DNA of 64,000 bases from Felis catus (GCF_018350175.1 NC_058368.1:105898001-105962000), one strand, 5' to 3'; positions 25,426 to 40,681 are shown, numbered from the stretch's first letter. Program-made: numbers and translations. The notes: generated by a model not told the origin, from the sequence alone.

Positions 25426-26888
25426 CAATACATATTTTCTGCTTTCTAAGTCATTTAATTAAAGAAACCAAGCCATTTATTGTACAAAAAAACTTTAAAA
25501 TACTATGCTAACTTTTATATTACTTTTATTTTCATATACCTTTTCCAACCCAGTTTTGGCACAGTATGTTGGAAATAGACTTAATTTTTTCCTGAAGCCA
25601 TGTAAATATAGTCAATAAAAACTCTATTATCTTCTTTAAAAGTATAAATGAAAAAGCCAGTTTTTGCTTTTTTTTTTTGTCCATCAACCAAAGGAATTTC
25701 TTAGTTCAATAAAGAGTATTTTCCAATGAAAAAGTAAAATAGGTGTAAGTGATATAAAGTTGCTAAGAGACTTACTCTTTAATCTTTTTCTTAAATTTTG
25801 AATTTATTATAGATTTGTTTGAATTTCTTTTTAACACATTCCCATTTTCTTTTATTTCTATCTCCCATCCCTTTATCCCTCTGGAATAGTGAAATTTTCT
25901 TATGAAACTAGATTTCTACTTTAAGTAGAACCCTGAAGTTTCAAATTCCTCATCTTTAAAATATATTAGGCAATTTATGGGCTCAATTTTTGAAGCCAAT
26001 TGCAATAGTACATTTAAGATTCTTGGATGAGGAAGCCCTTTATAAATAAGATTTTCCTGTTCAAATATACAATGGTTCCCCACTCAGACGAACAGAAATT
26101 TAAGCTACTATGTTAAAGGATGTTCATTCCCAAGGAACTTATTTCTTAAAAGTCATCTTGAAATTCCTTTTTTGAATATACAAAGCAAGTAAAATTCTTT
26201 TCCTATAATTTTTATTTTATGTGTATCAATGTCTTTGCAGTGACTTTATCACTAAGTTGATATTTTTTAAGTTTTACTGAAGAAATTTTAAAGTTTAATG
26301 CTTTTAATATTTCAAAAGTACAACAGAGGCATGCTTACCTTTAGTGTTCATTATATTTCTTTTAGTGTTCATGATATTTCTTTCTTTCTTTCTTTCTTTC
26401 TTTCATTTAAAATACTGGTCCTTCGAACATTTTGACTTTTTTCATGTAACGATTTTTTTGATGACCTTGGAACTGGTATAAAAACAAACTATTAATGATT
26501 TTCCTAGAGTCACAACCAAATGTTTCTCTACATTTTTTTCTCTCTCCAGCCTAAATTTCGCTTTGCAGAGTTTCCAGTTTCTGAACTGTCCAATTGTGTG
26601 AACTTGTTTCGACCTCACTCCACACCACCATCCAGGCCCAAACAAGCTGCTCTACTCAGTCTTCTCAGAAACTTTCATGCCATAGTAACCCCTTGCCATA
26701 CAGTTACATTTTTTTTTCGCCAGAACCAGATCAAACAAGTCATTTTGCTCAATCCCAGCTCAGACGCAATATTCTCCCCTGTATGTCTTCTAAAATAAAA
26801 TCCAAACTTCTTAGAATTCCAGGATACCAACCATCTACCCCAACTCGTATTTGGAAATTCCCTTGGCCTGGATTTTCTACTCCTGTGG

Positions 26889-26925
<37 letters not shown>

Positions 26926-29900
26926 CCCTCTAGTCCCACATACTGTTTTCCAGTCCTAGTCATTATCGTCATCGCTGATCACTAACACAGATCTCTACTC
27001 TCTTCCAATATCTGCATGGGTCACTTTGCATAGAATATGACTTTCCTTTTTTCTATAACAAAATGCATTGGAAAATGTATCCGCTCTGCAACATCTTGAC
27101 TGGCTAATTCCTCTAAGATATATGCTCTTACTACCCTAAATATGAAGGTGTAACTCTTCCCTAGAACTGCAGCTAGTTTGCACTTACTTATAGTTTGCTT
27201 CTTATATGTCTGTTTATATAATCATATATTTTTAATAGATGAAAGGGAGCTCAACTGTCATTTTGGACCAATGGCTTGGTATGCAAAATTTAACACAAAT
27301 AATAATCCAGTATTCTTTTTCAGGAATACTTCTGATCCCATGCACTGCATTCTGTAGCTGTTTTCTAAGTAGAATTAGCCTTTTCAATGGTTTATATAGA
27401 CAAATGTAAAAGCTGCTGTAATACATTAGAACTCTAATTTTTTAAAAATTGAAAAATAGAAGTAAGCAAGCCCATAGGAATAAAAAATATTAACACTATG
27501 TGTGATTTCCCAATGGAACCATATTAAAAAAAAGACCTATAGTTTAGGACTGAATGTCTGATAGCATGATTAATGAAGCAAGTGTAATCTGTCTTAAATG
27601 TATTTACACTTTCGTGAAATGTAAGCTTGGATCACGTAGAGTACATAAATTAAATAGCAAAAGAAGATTCCAAGATGAAATCATTTTATTGCATAAGAAT
27701 TCTTAATTTGTCAACTTTGAAACCCCAGAATGCTGTCTTCTTATTTTTCGGAGTCTATTTGCTTGTTTTGGTGTTTAGCCCAATAAAAGATATCTCAGGA
27801 GATCATATTTTACAAGTGAACGCAAACACATGAAGCAATTTGATGGTTTGGAGTTTATATTTAAACAAGTTTGTATTATCCTGGCTTAATTATGTTACCC
27901 ATAATGTAGACAAGTCATATTTTTATTAAAGGAGGGGCAGGGGAAGCTGATCTCAGAAGCACAGAAACTAGAACTGGAGGGTCACATGGATCTATAGAAT
28001 CAGATCTGCTAATTCCATACAGATGTGCTCGTGCATTCCTGTAAATTTTCAGACTGAAAAGGAAATGTTAGTTACACCCTTACCCTTTACAGCCTAGGGT
28101 AAAATATTTCACATATTGTACATATGTGTTACTGACAGAAAAAAATAAAAGGACAAAAATTAAGAAGTGGTCACCGTGGGGTTAGTGTTTTACTGTAAAC
28201 ACAAAAGAACAAGTATATTTAAACCTACACACAATTCTTTTGCAGATATCAATCCCTGTAACTCCAAGGATAAAAGTATAATTTGCATTTTGAACAGCAG
28301 TTGAGGAAATCAGTTTATTTCCTCATATTCATTTTCAATTCATATTCAATTCATATTCATTTCTAACATGCCAAATAACATAGTTGTCACATGATATGTT
28401 TACCTTTGGAGAACTGATATGATTATACCTTACCAATATTGACAAGGGAATAGATCTCACCAGAAGGAATTATACAGTGACAAACAAAGCCACTCACTGC
28501 ATTACCTGGAATCCTTGACTCACATCTCTGCATTCTCCAGACAACCACATACAAGATGGCTTATTAGCTAATAGGCCTTTCTACTGATGGACCAGTGGAC
28601 CAGTGGCTGCTGGTTAGGTACTGAAGAAATCTTTAGTACTGTTATATTTTTGCTTTGAAGATGAATCTAGAAATAACCTAGTCCAGGAGAGACTTAGATG
28701 CTGACCCTTCCCTTCCCTAATCTTCTTTCTCAGAGAGCCTGAACTTGATGGTTAAATCTTTCTCAATACAACACTATGAGTGGCCACTGCTATTCAAACA
28801 GAAATGTCACACACAAGGAAGACTGCTTACCTTTCCTGGGGTAGTCCAGTGCTCTCACTGTCTGAAGAGTAAACCAATGTTCAGAAAGGATCAGCCAGCA
28901 AACAGCAGGAATGGAATCTGAGTCTCTGAATTTAGTTCTGAGGACTTATACTCCAACAGTTCTCCAAAGTAAAGTTAGGGAAGTTTCCTAATAATCACTT
29001 ATTCATCAACTCATATCTAAAGGCAACCCAGACCAGGCATTCTCTATTAAAATATACTACTGTGGAGAAAAGCATCAGGCTAGAATAGCAGTCTCCCACT
29101 ATTGGAAAGGAGACTAGTTTTCAAGGAGTGTAGTGCCAGGGAGGGCAGATGACTGAGCGAAGGTTAAAATATTCCAAGGATATGTAGATGGCAAGTCTTG
29201 GAAGTGGAGAAATGAAGTGGAGTTTAGTGTCCTTTCTAGGACCCACATAAAGGTACATGCTTGTACCATAATGCTTGAAGAAAACCCAGCAAAAGCTGGG
29301 AGAGACTTGATTCTGTTGTTTAGTTTGTGGGAGCTTGTCAACAGGAAGTGGAGATTTACTCTGCACATATGTTTAAGTCTGAGAGACATTGGCAGCCAGC
29401 CTTGTAACAACGTGCTGGGCAACAGTTCCAAAAACTGGAATCAGCTAGGGCAGGTTAGTGTAGGGGGTACTGATGGCTAAACATTGCTCATAGAATCCAG
29501 GCAGTCTTTGCCAGTTGACAGAAGTCTCAGTCAGTGGCCGCCTGGCTGTGTCAGGGAAGCTGGAGGCCCTGAGGGTATGATTCAGTGTAGTGCATCTAAA
29601 CCTCTTGAGGAGCAAGATTATGGCCAAGACTTGGGACTAGTTGGTTCCTCACACACAGTCCAGGGCCCCTGCCAGAGACCCACACCGCCAATTTGATATT
29701 ATTGAGCCCTTGATATTCATAAAGAAGATACATCTAGTAGAGAAGGACATATAGATAGGAAGTATTCACAATTAAGCTGAAGGCCTTTCCGGATTTCGGG
29801 AGTTTGAAACGTTGTATTGTTTATTTTGGTTACTGCAAGAAGTTAGCATGAGGCTGAATTACATTTCAGGACAGAGTGCACTGGTCTACATTTTCAGGAC

Positions 29901-30574
29901 TCAGAAATCTGAAGGAAGATATTCTTTTGATGCTGCTTCTAGATGTGGGTTGGGAACATCAGAGAGATGCTAAAGCAAACACAACAAGTGGGACAGGAAA
30001 CCTGACTCAAAACTGCTCTCCTCCTCTTCCTTGAATCTGGATGCTATTGAGTGTGTCTGCGTTGGAGGTATACTTTCACCATTGTTGTATTTCTTGATGC
30101 TTTGGTGAACCCAGCCAGGCAGGGCCAGACAGTGGAATTAAGAGAGATTCAGATACAGTCTTATACTCCACCCTGTAATAGGATTGTGAGGGGGAGCTGG
30201 TGGCTGCCTGGAGCATGAGTGGGTAACCCTAGGTGCCATGAGAAAATATTGTAGTCTTCTGAACCAACAGATCACTGTTGACAAATGCATTGACTCTCCC
30301 CAAAACGGGTTTTGAGGGAGAGACAATAGTTACATTTTAAGCTAATAACCAGACTTTAATTTGCTGACACTTGTAGATGAGCACCGTGTGTGTGTGCGTG
30401 TGTGTATGTGTGTGTGTGTGCGTGTGTGTGTGCGTGCACACACAGACTAGGATCAGCATACGGAGCATTGTCTGCAAGGAGACATATGTGGGAGGAATGA
30501 GAGAGGCTGAGAGAGATACAGAGATGCGACAAATACCTCAGACAGTAGAACTTTGGGGGAAATAGGGATATTGT

Positions 30575-31060
30575 ATTGGTCATTAGTCCTGGCAGGAAGC
30601 AGATGGCATATTCAAATTAGCATAACTTAAAAAGAGGTTAATAAAGGGATTATTAATTAAAATGTATGCAGTCTGTAGGGAAAGCATAAGGGGTAGTATA
30701 GGATTAGTAACACACAACAAAAGACATCACTATAACTCCTTGATCTGAAGGCAAGGACCGATCATAGGAATCTGGAGACAGCAAACACTGTGATAAAAGG
30801 GCTGCCTAAGAAACAGTAAAAGCTTTCTGTCTCAGGATGTGGGATAACGCCAACTAGAGAAGCCCTGGGGGCTTAGGGAGGTCTAGGGGATGGGGGGAGT
30901 TTGGTCCCTTACTCTGCTGGTATTTCTTGTTGGAACTTGCCATTGGCCACAGGGCAAGGAGCCCAATGATAGGAGTCAACACAACTCAGCCTTCTAAGGC
31001 ACAGAACAGGGTGGGTAAAGATGGAGGTAAGATGTGAGGGGGAAATGGAAGACATTCAGC
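30575..31060. mobile_element. MLT1-type LTR (decayed)
   Basis: 'tagtcctggcaggaagcagatggcatattcaaatt', 'cagggcaagggagcccaatgat', 'cagccttctaaggcacagaacaggg'. Confidence 0.6.
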
Positions 31061-31169
31061 ATTGATCTTTGAAGAGGATGTTTAGAAAGGTTTGCTCTGT
31101 GATGTGGGATTTAAACCACTATTCCATGAAAATGTCAGTGAAAATCAACCTCATCAGTGCTTGTTGGAA

Positions 31170-31220
<51 letters not shown>

Positions 31221-31339
31221 TATTGGAGGAAGGGTTTTATTAATTTTACTTTAAGGCAGGTGCCACATGAGGTTTAGCCAATACAATTCAGTTGAATTTG
31301 GTTACTTGCATCTGAAATGTAGGTGGCCAGCAGTGTTTC

Positions 31340-32104
31340 CTTTTTTTTTTTTAAGTTTATTTCTTTGAGAGTGAGAGAGAGAGCACAAGCCAGGGAGAGA
31401 CAGAGAGAGAGAGGAAGAGACAGAATCCCAAACAGGATCCACGCTATCAGCACAGAGCCCAATGTGAGTCTCGATCCCATAAACCTTGAGATCATGATCT
31501 GAGCCAAAATCAAGAATCAGACACCTAACCAAGTGAGCCATACAGATGCCCCCTTTTGATTTATTCTTAACAATTTCACTATAATAAATTCTGAAACTCT
31601 CTTACTATCACTGGTAAAATTAAGACCTGAAATTAAGTTGGGCCTCATGAGATGAAGGTGTTCTTGGACTTGTGTTTTTACACGAATGCAGTGTTTTTAC
31701 ACATGACTCACAGGACCTAAAATGGTGCATTGCACAGAGTAGGCATAATTTTTTTTTTACTAAAATAAGCAAATATATAAGTGAATAAATTGATTGACAG
31801 GTTCTTGATTCAAGCCAGAGCCTGCATCTAACAAGATAAGCAAGGAGGAGTGACACATTCCTCTCCAGAAGCAGAAAGCCTCCTTCCTTCCTTCCTTTCT
31901 TTTTTTTAAAGTTTATTTTTATTTATTTTGAGAGAGACAGAGACAGTGCGAGTGGGAGAGGGGCAGAGAGCGAGGAGACAGAGAATCCCCAGCAGGCTCT
32001 GCACTTGGCCTGACATGGGGCTCAAACTCATGAAACCATGAGATCATGACCTGAGCTGAAACCAAGAGTCAGACACTTAACCAACTGAGCCACCCAGGAG
32101 CCCC
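31340..32104 (-). mobile_element. Two Can-SINEs (~31340-31553 and ~31897-32104)
   Basis: Antisense SINE bodies with poly-T at left. Confidence 0.9.
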
Positions 32105-32196
32105 TCCCTTTCTTTGGATTGCTCCTTCTTTTGTTTCCTGTTCCACCATATGGAGACAGGGGAGTTGAGCAGACCTAGAGGCCTATGGTGCTTACC

Positions 32197-32241
32197 CAGC
32201 CAGAAATAGGCAGCCAGAAATAGGCAGCCAGAAATAGGCAG
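32197..32241. repeat. 14-bp tandem repeat (CAGCCAGAAATAGG) x3
   Basis: Direct inspection; perfect copies. Confidence 0.9.
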
Positions 32242-32928
32242 GAGAATGGAATGCTTTCTGGAACTGCATTTCAGTTCAGGGAAATGAGTCTCATTACTGG
32301 GAAGACTGGCTTCCCCTTCCTGGATCTACAAAGAACTTATCCACCTACCATCCTCCTGCAGATTAACAGCACTCTTGCATACTCACTATCTCTGTTTAAA
32401 GGAGGGAGGCATTTCACCTTACACAGAGATGGACAGCAAAGTAAGAGGCTCTGTAGAGACTTGACTGTGAAGTCTGGTTTTCCTGCTCACGTCATTATAC
32501 TACACTCTGAAAATTCTACAACATAGAGACTGTATCTGAATATATGGACACTTTATCTTTATTTACAACTATTTCCAATGACTCTACATTTTAACCTCCC
32601 AGGGCTTGTCTGTGAAACACAGTGACTCTTTGAACATACTTGAGCAACAGTCATTCCACTACTCCTGTGTTTCTTTCCTCCTGCCATTTATTTTTCATCA
32701 TCTGTACAGATGTCTCTGTGTTTTTGCCAAATTATTTGATGGTATGTTAAAAACTGATCTAAACAAGAATTGGTTCTCCTGTTATATATGTGTCAAATGC
32801 TTTATGAAGCAATAAATCAATGTAGGCACACATGTATAATCTACAAATATCCTTCCTTACTCTCATGAACCATGAAGACTTCATATATCTTTGTCTAAAG
32901 ACTAATTTTTCAAGTATGTGCCTGGGAC

Positions 32929-32994
32929 TGACTTACCAGGTAATGTTACTAGTTTTATTCTTGACTTACCAGGTAATGTTACTAGTTTTATTCT
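32929..32994. repeat. Perfect 33-bp tandem duplication
   Basis: TGACTTACCAGGTAATGTTACTAGTTTTATTCT x2. Confidence 0.95.
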
Positions 32995-33424
32995 TTATTT
33001 ATACACTTACTGCCATAGTAGCAGTTAGTGTTCAATAAGCTCATAATCTCATTTCTAGAAGTATCTTTGATGTGCAAGGTTGTAGCTTATTTTCAGAGAA
33101 CTTTTAAATGCATTATGAATGTTAGGGCAATGGCTAAGTCAAAGTTTAATTTGTATAAATATTTATCAGTTTCATTAAGTTGTTCCACTTACATCAAAAA
33201 AGTTAAGACCCTCATTATTATGTTTTATTTTATTTTAGAATGATGTAACTTGATAGAGACCATAAAATACCGTGTTTCTACAAATATAAGGCACTCAAAT
33301 GTAAACATTTTCACATTTTTAATGCCAGGAGGGATTCTACAACAATACATATGTGTGTTTAATGTGGTAGGAGTTCTTTATTACTTTTTTTTCAGTAGAA
33401 GCTGTTTTTGTTTTTTTTTGTGTG

Positions 33425-34793
33425 TGTTTTTTTTTTAGTTTATTTGTTTGAGAGAGACAGACACAGTGTGAGCAGGGGAGGGGCAAAGAGAGTGAGAGAG
33501 AGAGAATCCCAGCAGGCTCCGTGCTTTCAGCACAAAGCCTGACACGAGGCTCGAACCCATGAACTGCAAGATCATGACCCAGGTCGAATCCAAGAGTCCG
33601 ACGCTAAACTGAGTGAGCCACCCAGATGCCTTGTTTTTAAATTTGGTGTTACATCTAAAAATCAAGAACATGTGTTACCCTATATTTACCGCACAAAACA
33701 CATTGGGTACCTGGGCATTTTAATTTTTGGAAAACTTTGCAGTACTTTTCTTCCCTTGTGTTTCTTCCTGTCAGCATAATTGACAATTTTTGAGGTTCAG
33801 TAGATCCAGTATGATAGATACTATTTGCTATTCTGTCTTGAGACTAAATGACACTCACCCATCTGGTTCTCATTTTGCAGATGCTGCCCTTGAGTCCCTG
33901 GAGATTGCTCTTTTCTGTTAGAAAAGTCTCTTCCTCCATGAGGAGGAGTGAGTTTATCTATAAACCCGGGGTCTGGAAGAGAAGCTGCAGGGGGTGGGGA
34001 ATCGTAGACAGCACAGTTTGGGTTCTGATCTAAAATATGAGGCAGGTCACAGTGGGTTCTCTCACCTGGTCTAGCTCCTCTTCTATATGTCTCCCCAGGT
34101 TGTTCATTTTCCTTCCCAGAAAGTTCATAGAGAAATATTAGTGAGCCTGGGGTTCTCTCACTGTCTCTTTCCTCATTATGAGGATCAAGGAGAGGCTGGA
34201 CAGGACAGGAGGCTGACATTAAGGATAGCTACTCACAGGCAAAGAGGTCCATTTAACCTGTTCCCCCCAAGGTGTTGGTTTCCCCTGGGGAAGTTCTTAC
34301 CACAGGAGGAGGCAGGGGAGACTTAGTAGTTTTGATCACTTTTCATCTCCTCAAGGGAAATAAAGTATATTTCTTGAGATATCATTGTCTTTGAAGGATG
34401 ACAATTCATTTTCATGCCTTCATAAATGCACTACTTTTATTCAGATCTCATGAGATCTTCTGTGAAGTATCTGCTTGGACCCACCCGTGGAATCCCCAAA
34501 CACTGTCCTATATTTTCTTAGTCACTAACTTCTCTTACCTATACAGCCTAAAAAAGCAACAGCTTTACCAGGATCTCCTGACTGAGGGACTCAAGGCCTC
34601 GGGTTTTACCCTATTATTGGAACAATCCCATTGTACTCACAGAAAATATAAAATAATCCTCCTAATCTGACTGAGTCACAAGTGAGTTCACTTCAATGTA
34701 GTTGACTTGGATTTTAAAAATAAAAGAGGCAGGGATTTCAGCTCTGACATTTAAAGAGCGTGGGAGTACATACTCCCATCATTTTTGTTTGTT

Positions 34794-34842
<49 letters not shown>

Positions 34843-35013
34843 ACGCCAACAGAGGGGAGAGGGGGAGGGGCAGAGGGAGAGAGACAAAGAATCTTAAACA
34901 GGCTCCATGTTCAGTGTGGAGACTGACTCAAGGCTCAATCCCACGATCCTGGGATCATGACCTGAGCTGAAATCGAGTCAGATGCTCAACCCACTGAGAC
35001 ACCCAGGTGTCCC
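33425..35013 (-). mobile_element. Two Can-SINEs (~33425-33631 and ~34781-35013)
   Basis: Antisense SINE bodies. Confidence 0.85.
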
Positions 35014-35029
35014 ACCCCATCTTTAAAGA

Positions 35030-38000
35030 AAACAAGTGCTGTGCAAATTGAAAACCAATGACTTTCCTTGGACCCATAAGAAAACTGAGATCACAGGGAA
35101 AGCTGTCACTGTGAAATCTGGAGAGACATGGTGAATATAGAAAATCACAGTCATGTTTATACCACCTGGAGCAGAAGCGCATGGAGCTATAAACTGGCAA
35201 GAACACTTCCGTAGCAATTCATCTTGATCTAATTGACATTTATAGAATATTTCACCCAACAACAGCATAATACACATTTTCCTCAAAATTACACGGAACA
35301 TTTTGATGAACTGGTGGATGATGAGTGTGAACCTAGCCTGAGATGGAAACTTATGAGGACCCCGTCATTGGTGCGGGGGACGATCCCCCTAATTTTGTGG
35401 GTTTTACTTCCAGGAATCCCACCATGTTCTCAAATTGCAGATCCCCCACCACACCCAACATATCCTATCGTGTCCCCAACAAGAGGAGAGGAAAGCAGTC
35501 ATTCTGAAATATGCCCATAGTGTTTCCCATAGCAAAGGCCCACTGTCCATGGGAAAGAACTTTATCAGACCCTTATCTGACCTGGGGAAGGGCAATTAGC
35601 CAACCCAACTTCCTTTATCCTGTCTTATCTGACAGGAGGGAAAAACAAACAAACAAACTACGAAACATTTCTGAGCATCTGGCCTACGGACTTAGGCCCA
35701 TTCAAAGGATAAGATTTAATCATAAGGTTATAGGACACTTCCGTTTCCTGTGTCTTACCATCACGTTAGCAGGGCAACAACGGATAGGACTACAAGGAAA
35801 TATAGATAAGTACACATTACCATTGGAGGTTTCTGCACTCCCTTCCTTTCCAGCAACTAGGAAATCAGTAAGGATATAGTTGAACTGAAGAGCACCATCA
35901 AGTCACTGGATCTAACTGGCAGTTATAGAACACATCTCTCAACAATACCACAATATACACTTTTTTCAAACTTACATGGAACATTCATCCAAACAGACCA
36001 TTTTACAGACCATAAATCATAACCTTAACAAGTTTAAAGAATAGAAACCACTCCAAGTTTGTTCTCAGACTACAGTAGAATTCGAAATTAATAAAAAAAA
36101 GTTAGTTGATAAATCTCAGCGTGTTTGGAGATTAGACATGTTTCTAAATAACACAAGTTGAAGAACTTTCAAGAGAAATTGTAAAAGACTTTTAACTAAA
36201 TAAAAAAGAAAATGTAATTTATCAAAATGTGTATAATAGAGTAAAAACAGCCCATAGAGAGAAATTCACAGCAGTGAATACATACACTAGAAAAGAAGGA
36301 ATATGTAAAATCTATAATTATGCTTCCACCTTAGGAAACTAGAGGAAAAAAAAGAGCAACTTAAACATAAGACAATAAGAAGAAAAAAATAATGAAAATT
36401 AGAATAGAAATCAATGAAATTGAAAACAAAATCAACAGAGAAAAACCAATGAAACCAAAAGCTGGTTCTTTGAAAAGATCAATAAAATTAATGAACCTCT
36501 ACCTAAGCTAACCAAGAAAAAAGAGAGAAGACAAGCTTAGTAATATTTAAATGCTAGGGGTCAACTCTTCTCATTCTATGGACAATAAAAAGATAATGAA
36601 AATATATCATGAATAATTCTATGCCACAAATTTGAAAACTTACATAAAATGGACTGGTTCCTTAAAAGACACTAACTAAAGAAGTCACACAAGGAGAAAT
36701 AGATAACGTGAACAGGCTTATATCTATTAAAGAAATTGAATCAATAATTAAGAACCTTCCAAAACAGAAAGAACAAAGTCCAGATGGGTTCAATGGTGAA
36801 TTCTAACAAATGTGTAATAAATAAATGATACCAGTTGTCTACATTCTGTTCCAGAAAGTTGGAGCACAGATATTACTTCCAAACTCATTTTATGAGGTCA
36901 GTATTAACCTAACATCCGAACCAAAAACATTATAAGAAAGGAAAATTCAGACCAATATCTCTCGTGAACATAAGTGCAAAAATGCTCAAAAACATATTGC
37001 CAAATTGGATCAAAGTATTTATATAAAAAAATTATACACTATGACCAAGTGAGATTAATTCCAGGTGTGTTAAGGGTGGTTCAACATTTAAAAGTCAATT
37101 AACACAATCCATCACATCAACAGTCTAAAGAAGAAATATCATATGATAATATCAACTGATCAAGAAAGCCCATTTGACAAAATCCACCACCCATTCATCA
37201 TAACAACTTCAGCAAACTAGGAGGGCAGGAAAATTTTCTCAACTTGATAAAGAAGACCTAGAAAAAACTATAGCTAATATCATGATTAAATAGTGAGAAA
37301 CTTGATGCTTTCCCCTTCTGAGTGAGGAAAACACAGGATGTCCCCTCTCACCACTCCAGTTCAATAATGTACTGAAATAAGAAGATAAAACAAAAGGCAT
37401 GCATATTATAAAGGAAGATTTAAAACTGTCTTTGTTCACAGATGATAGAATTATCTACCTGGAAAATTCCAAAGAATCAACAAAAAGTCCTGAAACGAAT
37501 AAGCAATTATAGTAGGGTTGCAGAATGCAAGGTGAATATAAAAAAAGTAAATTGCTTTCCTATACACTAGCAATGAACAATTGGAAGTTGATATGAAATC
37601 CACAATACCATTTCATTACTACTAAGAAAGAAAGAAAGAAAGAAAGAAGAAAGAAAGAAAGAAAGAAAGAAAGAGAAAAAAAGTCCAAGTATAAATCCAT
37701 CTAAGAAATATGTACAAAAGTCTATGTATTAATCTACAAAATTCTGATGGGAAAAACCAAAGAAAATGGAGAGCTATGTGTTCATGGATTGGGAGACTAA
37801 ATATTGTCAAGATACCCACTTTCCCCAACTTCATCCATAGCTTCAAAAATATAATTGTCAAAACACCAGCAAGTTATTTCAGGCATACTGACAAAATGAT
37901 TTTAAGGTTTATCTAGAAATGCAAGAGATCCAGAATAGTCTACACAATTCTAAAAGTGGATTAACTTTAGGGGTCTCATTAAACTTCAAGACTTACTACA

Positions 38001-38705
38001 AAACTACAGTAATCAAAACAGTGCCTGTAGTATTGGAGATAGAAATGTCAAATATGTAAATAGAATAGAATAGAGAGCCCATTGATAGAGTCCCAGAAAT
38101 GTATTCAACTGATCTTTGACAAAGGAGCAAAGATAGTCTTTCAACAGTGATGTAGAACACTTGACTATCCACATAAAAAAAATCTAGGGGCACCTGGGAG
38201 GCTCAGTGGCTTAAGCGTCCAACTTAAGCTCAGGTCATGATCTCACGGTTGGTTGGTTCGAGCCCTGTGTTGGGCTCTGTGCTGACAGCTTGGAGCCTGG
38301 AGACTGCTTCAATTCTCTGTCTCCTTCTTTCTGCCCCTCCACCTCTCAAGCTCTCTCCTTCTCTCTCAAAAATAAATAAACATAAAAATATCTACAGATA
38401 GATCTTTACACATTTCACATATGTGAACTCAAAATAGATCACAGACCTACATGTAAGCTGCAAAAGTAGAAGACAGTATAGAATAATATCCAGCTGATTT
38501 GTGTTTGGTGATGAGTTTTTTAAAAAGCACAATCCACAACATAATGTGGGCTTCACTAAGGTGAAAACATTCTGATCTGATTAAAAGAAACACTGTTAAC
38601 AGAATGAAAAGGAAAGCTATGGACTGAAAACATTTGCAAAATGCGTATTTAATAAGCAACTTTTACCCAAAATATACAAGGAATTCTCAAAACTTAATAA
38701 TATAA
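35030..38705 (+). mobile_element. Old L1 5' region and ORF2 remnants, with (GAAA)n at ~37625-37680 and a Can-SINE at ~38186-38390
   Basis: 'aaccaaaagctggttctttgaaaagatcaataaaatt', 'ccagatgggttcaatggtgaattcta', 'tgttcatggattgggagactaaatattgtcaagat'. Confidence 0.9.
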
Positions 38706-39320
38706 AACATGTACTCACCTCTTATCCAAAAGGAGAAATCCTAAAGTTAAATGAGGTGTGTTCCTCTCAATCAATTCTTACTCTAATTTTCATATTCTGG
38801 CAGCCTGGGATTAAAGGACAAACATGGCTATTCTATAACACATGGGGGAAAGTACAAAATAACTCCTATTTCCCTAAGGGGAGCATAGCATGAGAAACAG
38901 TATGCAGTGTTCCCTGGCCCATAGTTCATGTCATATTAGTGGGCAAAAGTGGTTCAATCACTTTTGCCTCGAGGTAGTGCTCTGGTCCTGAACTCCTATC
39001 AACACAAAGCTGTTTAAGAAATTTGTGTGACTTCCAGAAGATCTTAACACAAGATCTTACCACTTTATGTGGGGCAGGAGTTGTCCCATTGAAGGCAGTC
39101 TGTTGAGACTATATACCAATGTGTCTCACTTTTGAAATATTACATGTCAAGCAATTCTAGCATGATACCATTTTAGGCCACATTTGATTTCTTTACTTTA
39201 GGTATTTTGGCTTTTGAAGACGTAATCTACTTCGAAATTCTTAAAATAAAATCAAACATTCAGAAATTCTTAGAAATAAATTGAACATGAAATGTAACTT
39301 CTATTAAGATAATATTTTAC

Positions 39321-39760
39321 TGGAGCACCTAGGTGGTTCAGTCGTTTGAGCATCCAACTCTTAATATCAGCTCAGGTCATGATCCCAGGGTTATGGGATC
39401 GAGCACCGTGTCAGGCTCTGCACTCAGTGAGGAGCCTTCTTAGGATTCTCTCTTTCTCTCTGCCCCTCTCCCCAACTCATGCTCTCTTTCTCTAAAAAAT
39501 AAAAAAAAGTAATAATGGTATTTTATTTTGCTTATTAGAATACATAGAATAGGGGTGCCTGTGTGGCTCAGTCAGTTAAGTGTCCAACTTTGGCTCAGGT
39601 CATGATCTCGCGGTTCATGAGTTCGAGCCCTGCACCAGGCTCTGTGCTGACAGCTCAAGTCTAGACCCTGCTTTGGATTCTGTGTCTGCCTCTCTCTCTG
39701 CCCCTCCCCTGCTCATGCTCTCTCTCTCTCTCTCAAAAATAAATAAACGTTAAAAATTTT
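39321..39760 (+). mobile_element. Two adjacent Can-SINEs (~39321-39510 and ~39552-39760)
   Basis: SINE heads and tails. Confidence 0.9.
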
Positions 39761-40291
39761 AGAAAGCATAGAGTAAATAATAGAAGCCATATTTTTAGAC
39801 AGTGCCACTTTAATATAGAGATGTACTTTCTATAGATATAAGGGAAGAAGGAAACAGATTGGCCCTGTACACAATTCCTTCCTTTCTTTTGGTTTTGTTC
39901 AATATTTTTTTTAAATAAATAAAAATACTAAAACATTGGAATCCTTTTTCTCACTTCATAATCTCATTCTCTTGCTTGTCTTTTCACAAGTAATTTTTAT
40001 CATGATTTGGTCTGTGGCCTTTCCATTCAAATTTTTAAACTTTTACCATGTATACACAAGTGCATGCATATGTACGATACCACTACTTTGTATTTTTAAA
40101 CTTTATATAAATTACAAGCTGAACATACTATTCATACATTTGTTTTATTTTTAAACATTATGTTTCTAAGATTTATCCGTATAGATATGTGCAAATGTAC
40201 CAAGTACACTTTGAACTGCAGTGGTTCCTTCTGGTTTTTTATTACAGAACACTTTATTCTCTTGGTGGTAGAATTTACAACTAACTGGGTT

Positions 40292-40323
<32 letters not shown>

Positions 40324-40328
40324 GGAAC

Positions 40329-40681
40329 TGTTCAAAGATAAACTGAGATGTATTAGCATTTTTAAGAGTTTATTTGAGCAAAAATCAATTTAAATGAGGC
40401 AGTATCCCAAATCAGACTTTTATAGGCAGAAGGGAACACGAACCAGGAAGTTAGAAGAGGTAAAAAGCAGGGTGCTTATTCCATGGTGACTTTGCTTCAG
40501 AGGACCACAGAGGTCTATCAGGCAGATTACGTAAGCAGTGCCCATCGGGTGATTCCTGATTGACTGGTTTAAGATTCCATTTTTGGAAGCGCCAAAACGA
40601 TAATTAAGTTAAATGTCAGTTTGGTGACATGGGGCTTAGCATGAGCGACTTCATTTTGGGACTGTTGTCTTGTTTTTAAGA
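40329..40681 (-). mobile_element. 3' LTR of provirus
   Basis: Adjacent to the polypurine tract (40682-40693) and env end. Confidence 0.85.

Noticed and set aside
33870..33955. Possible + strand exon (TTTTGCAG..GAGTGAGT)
   Set aside because: Splice-like motifs alone, with no coding homology or neighbouring exons.
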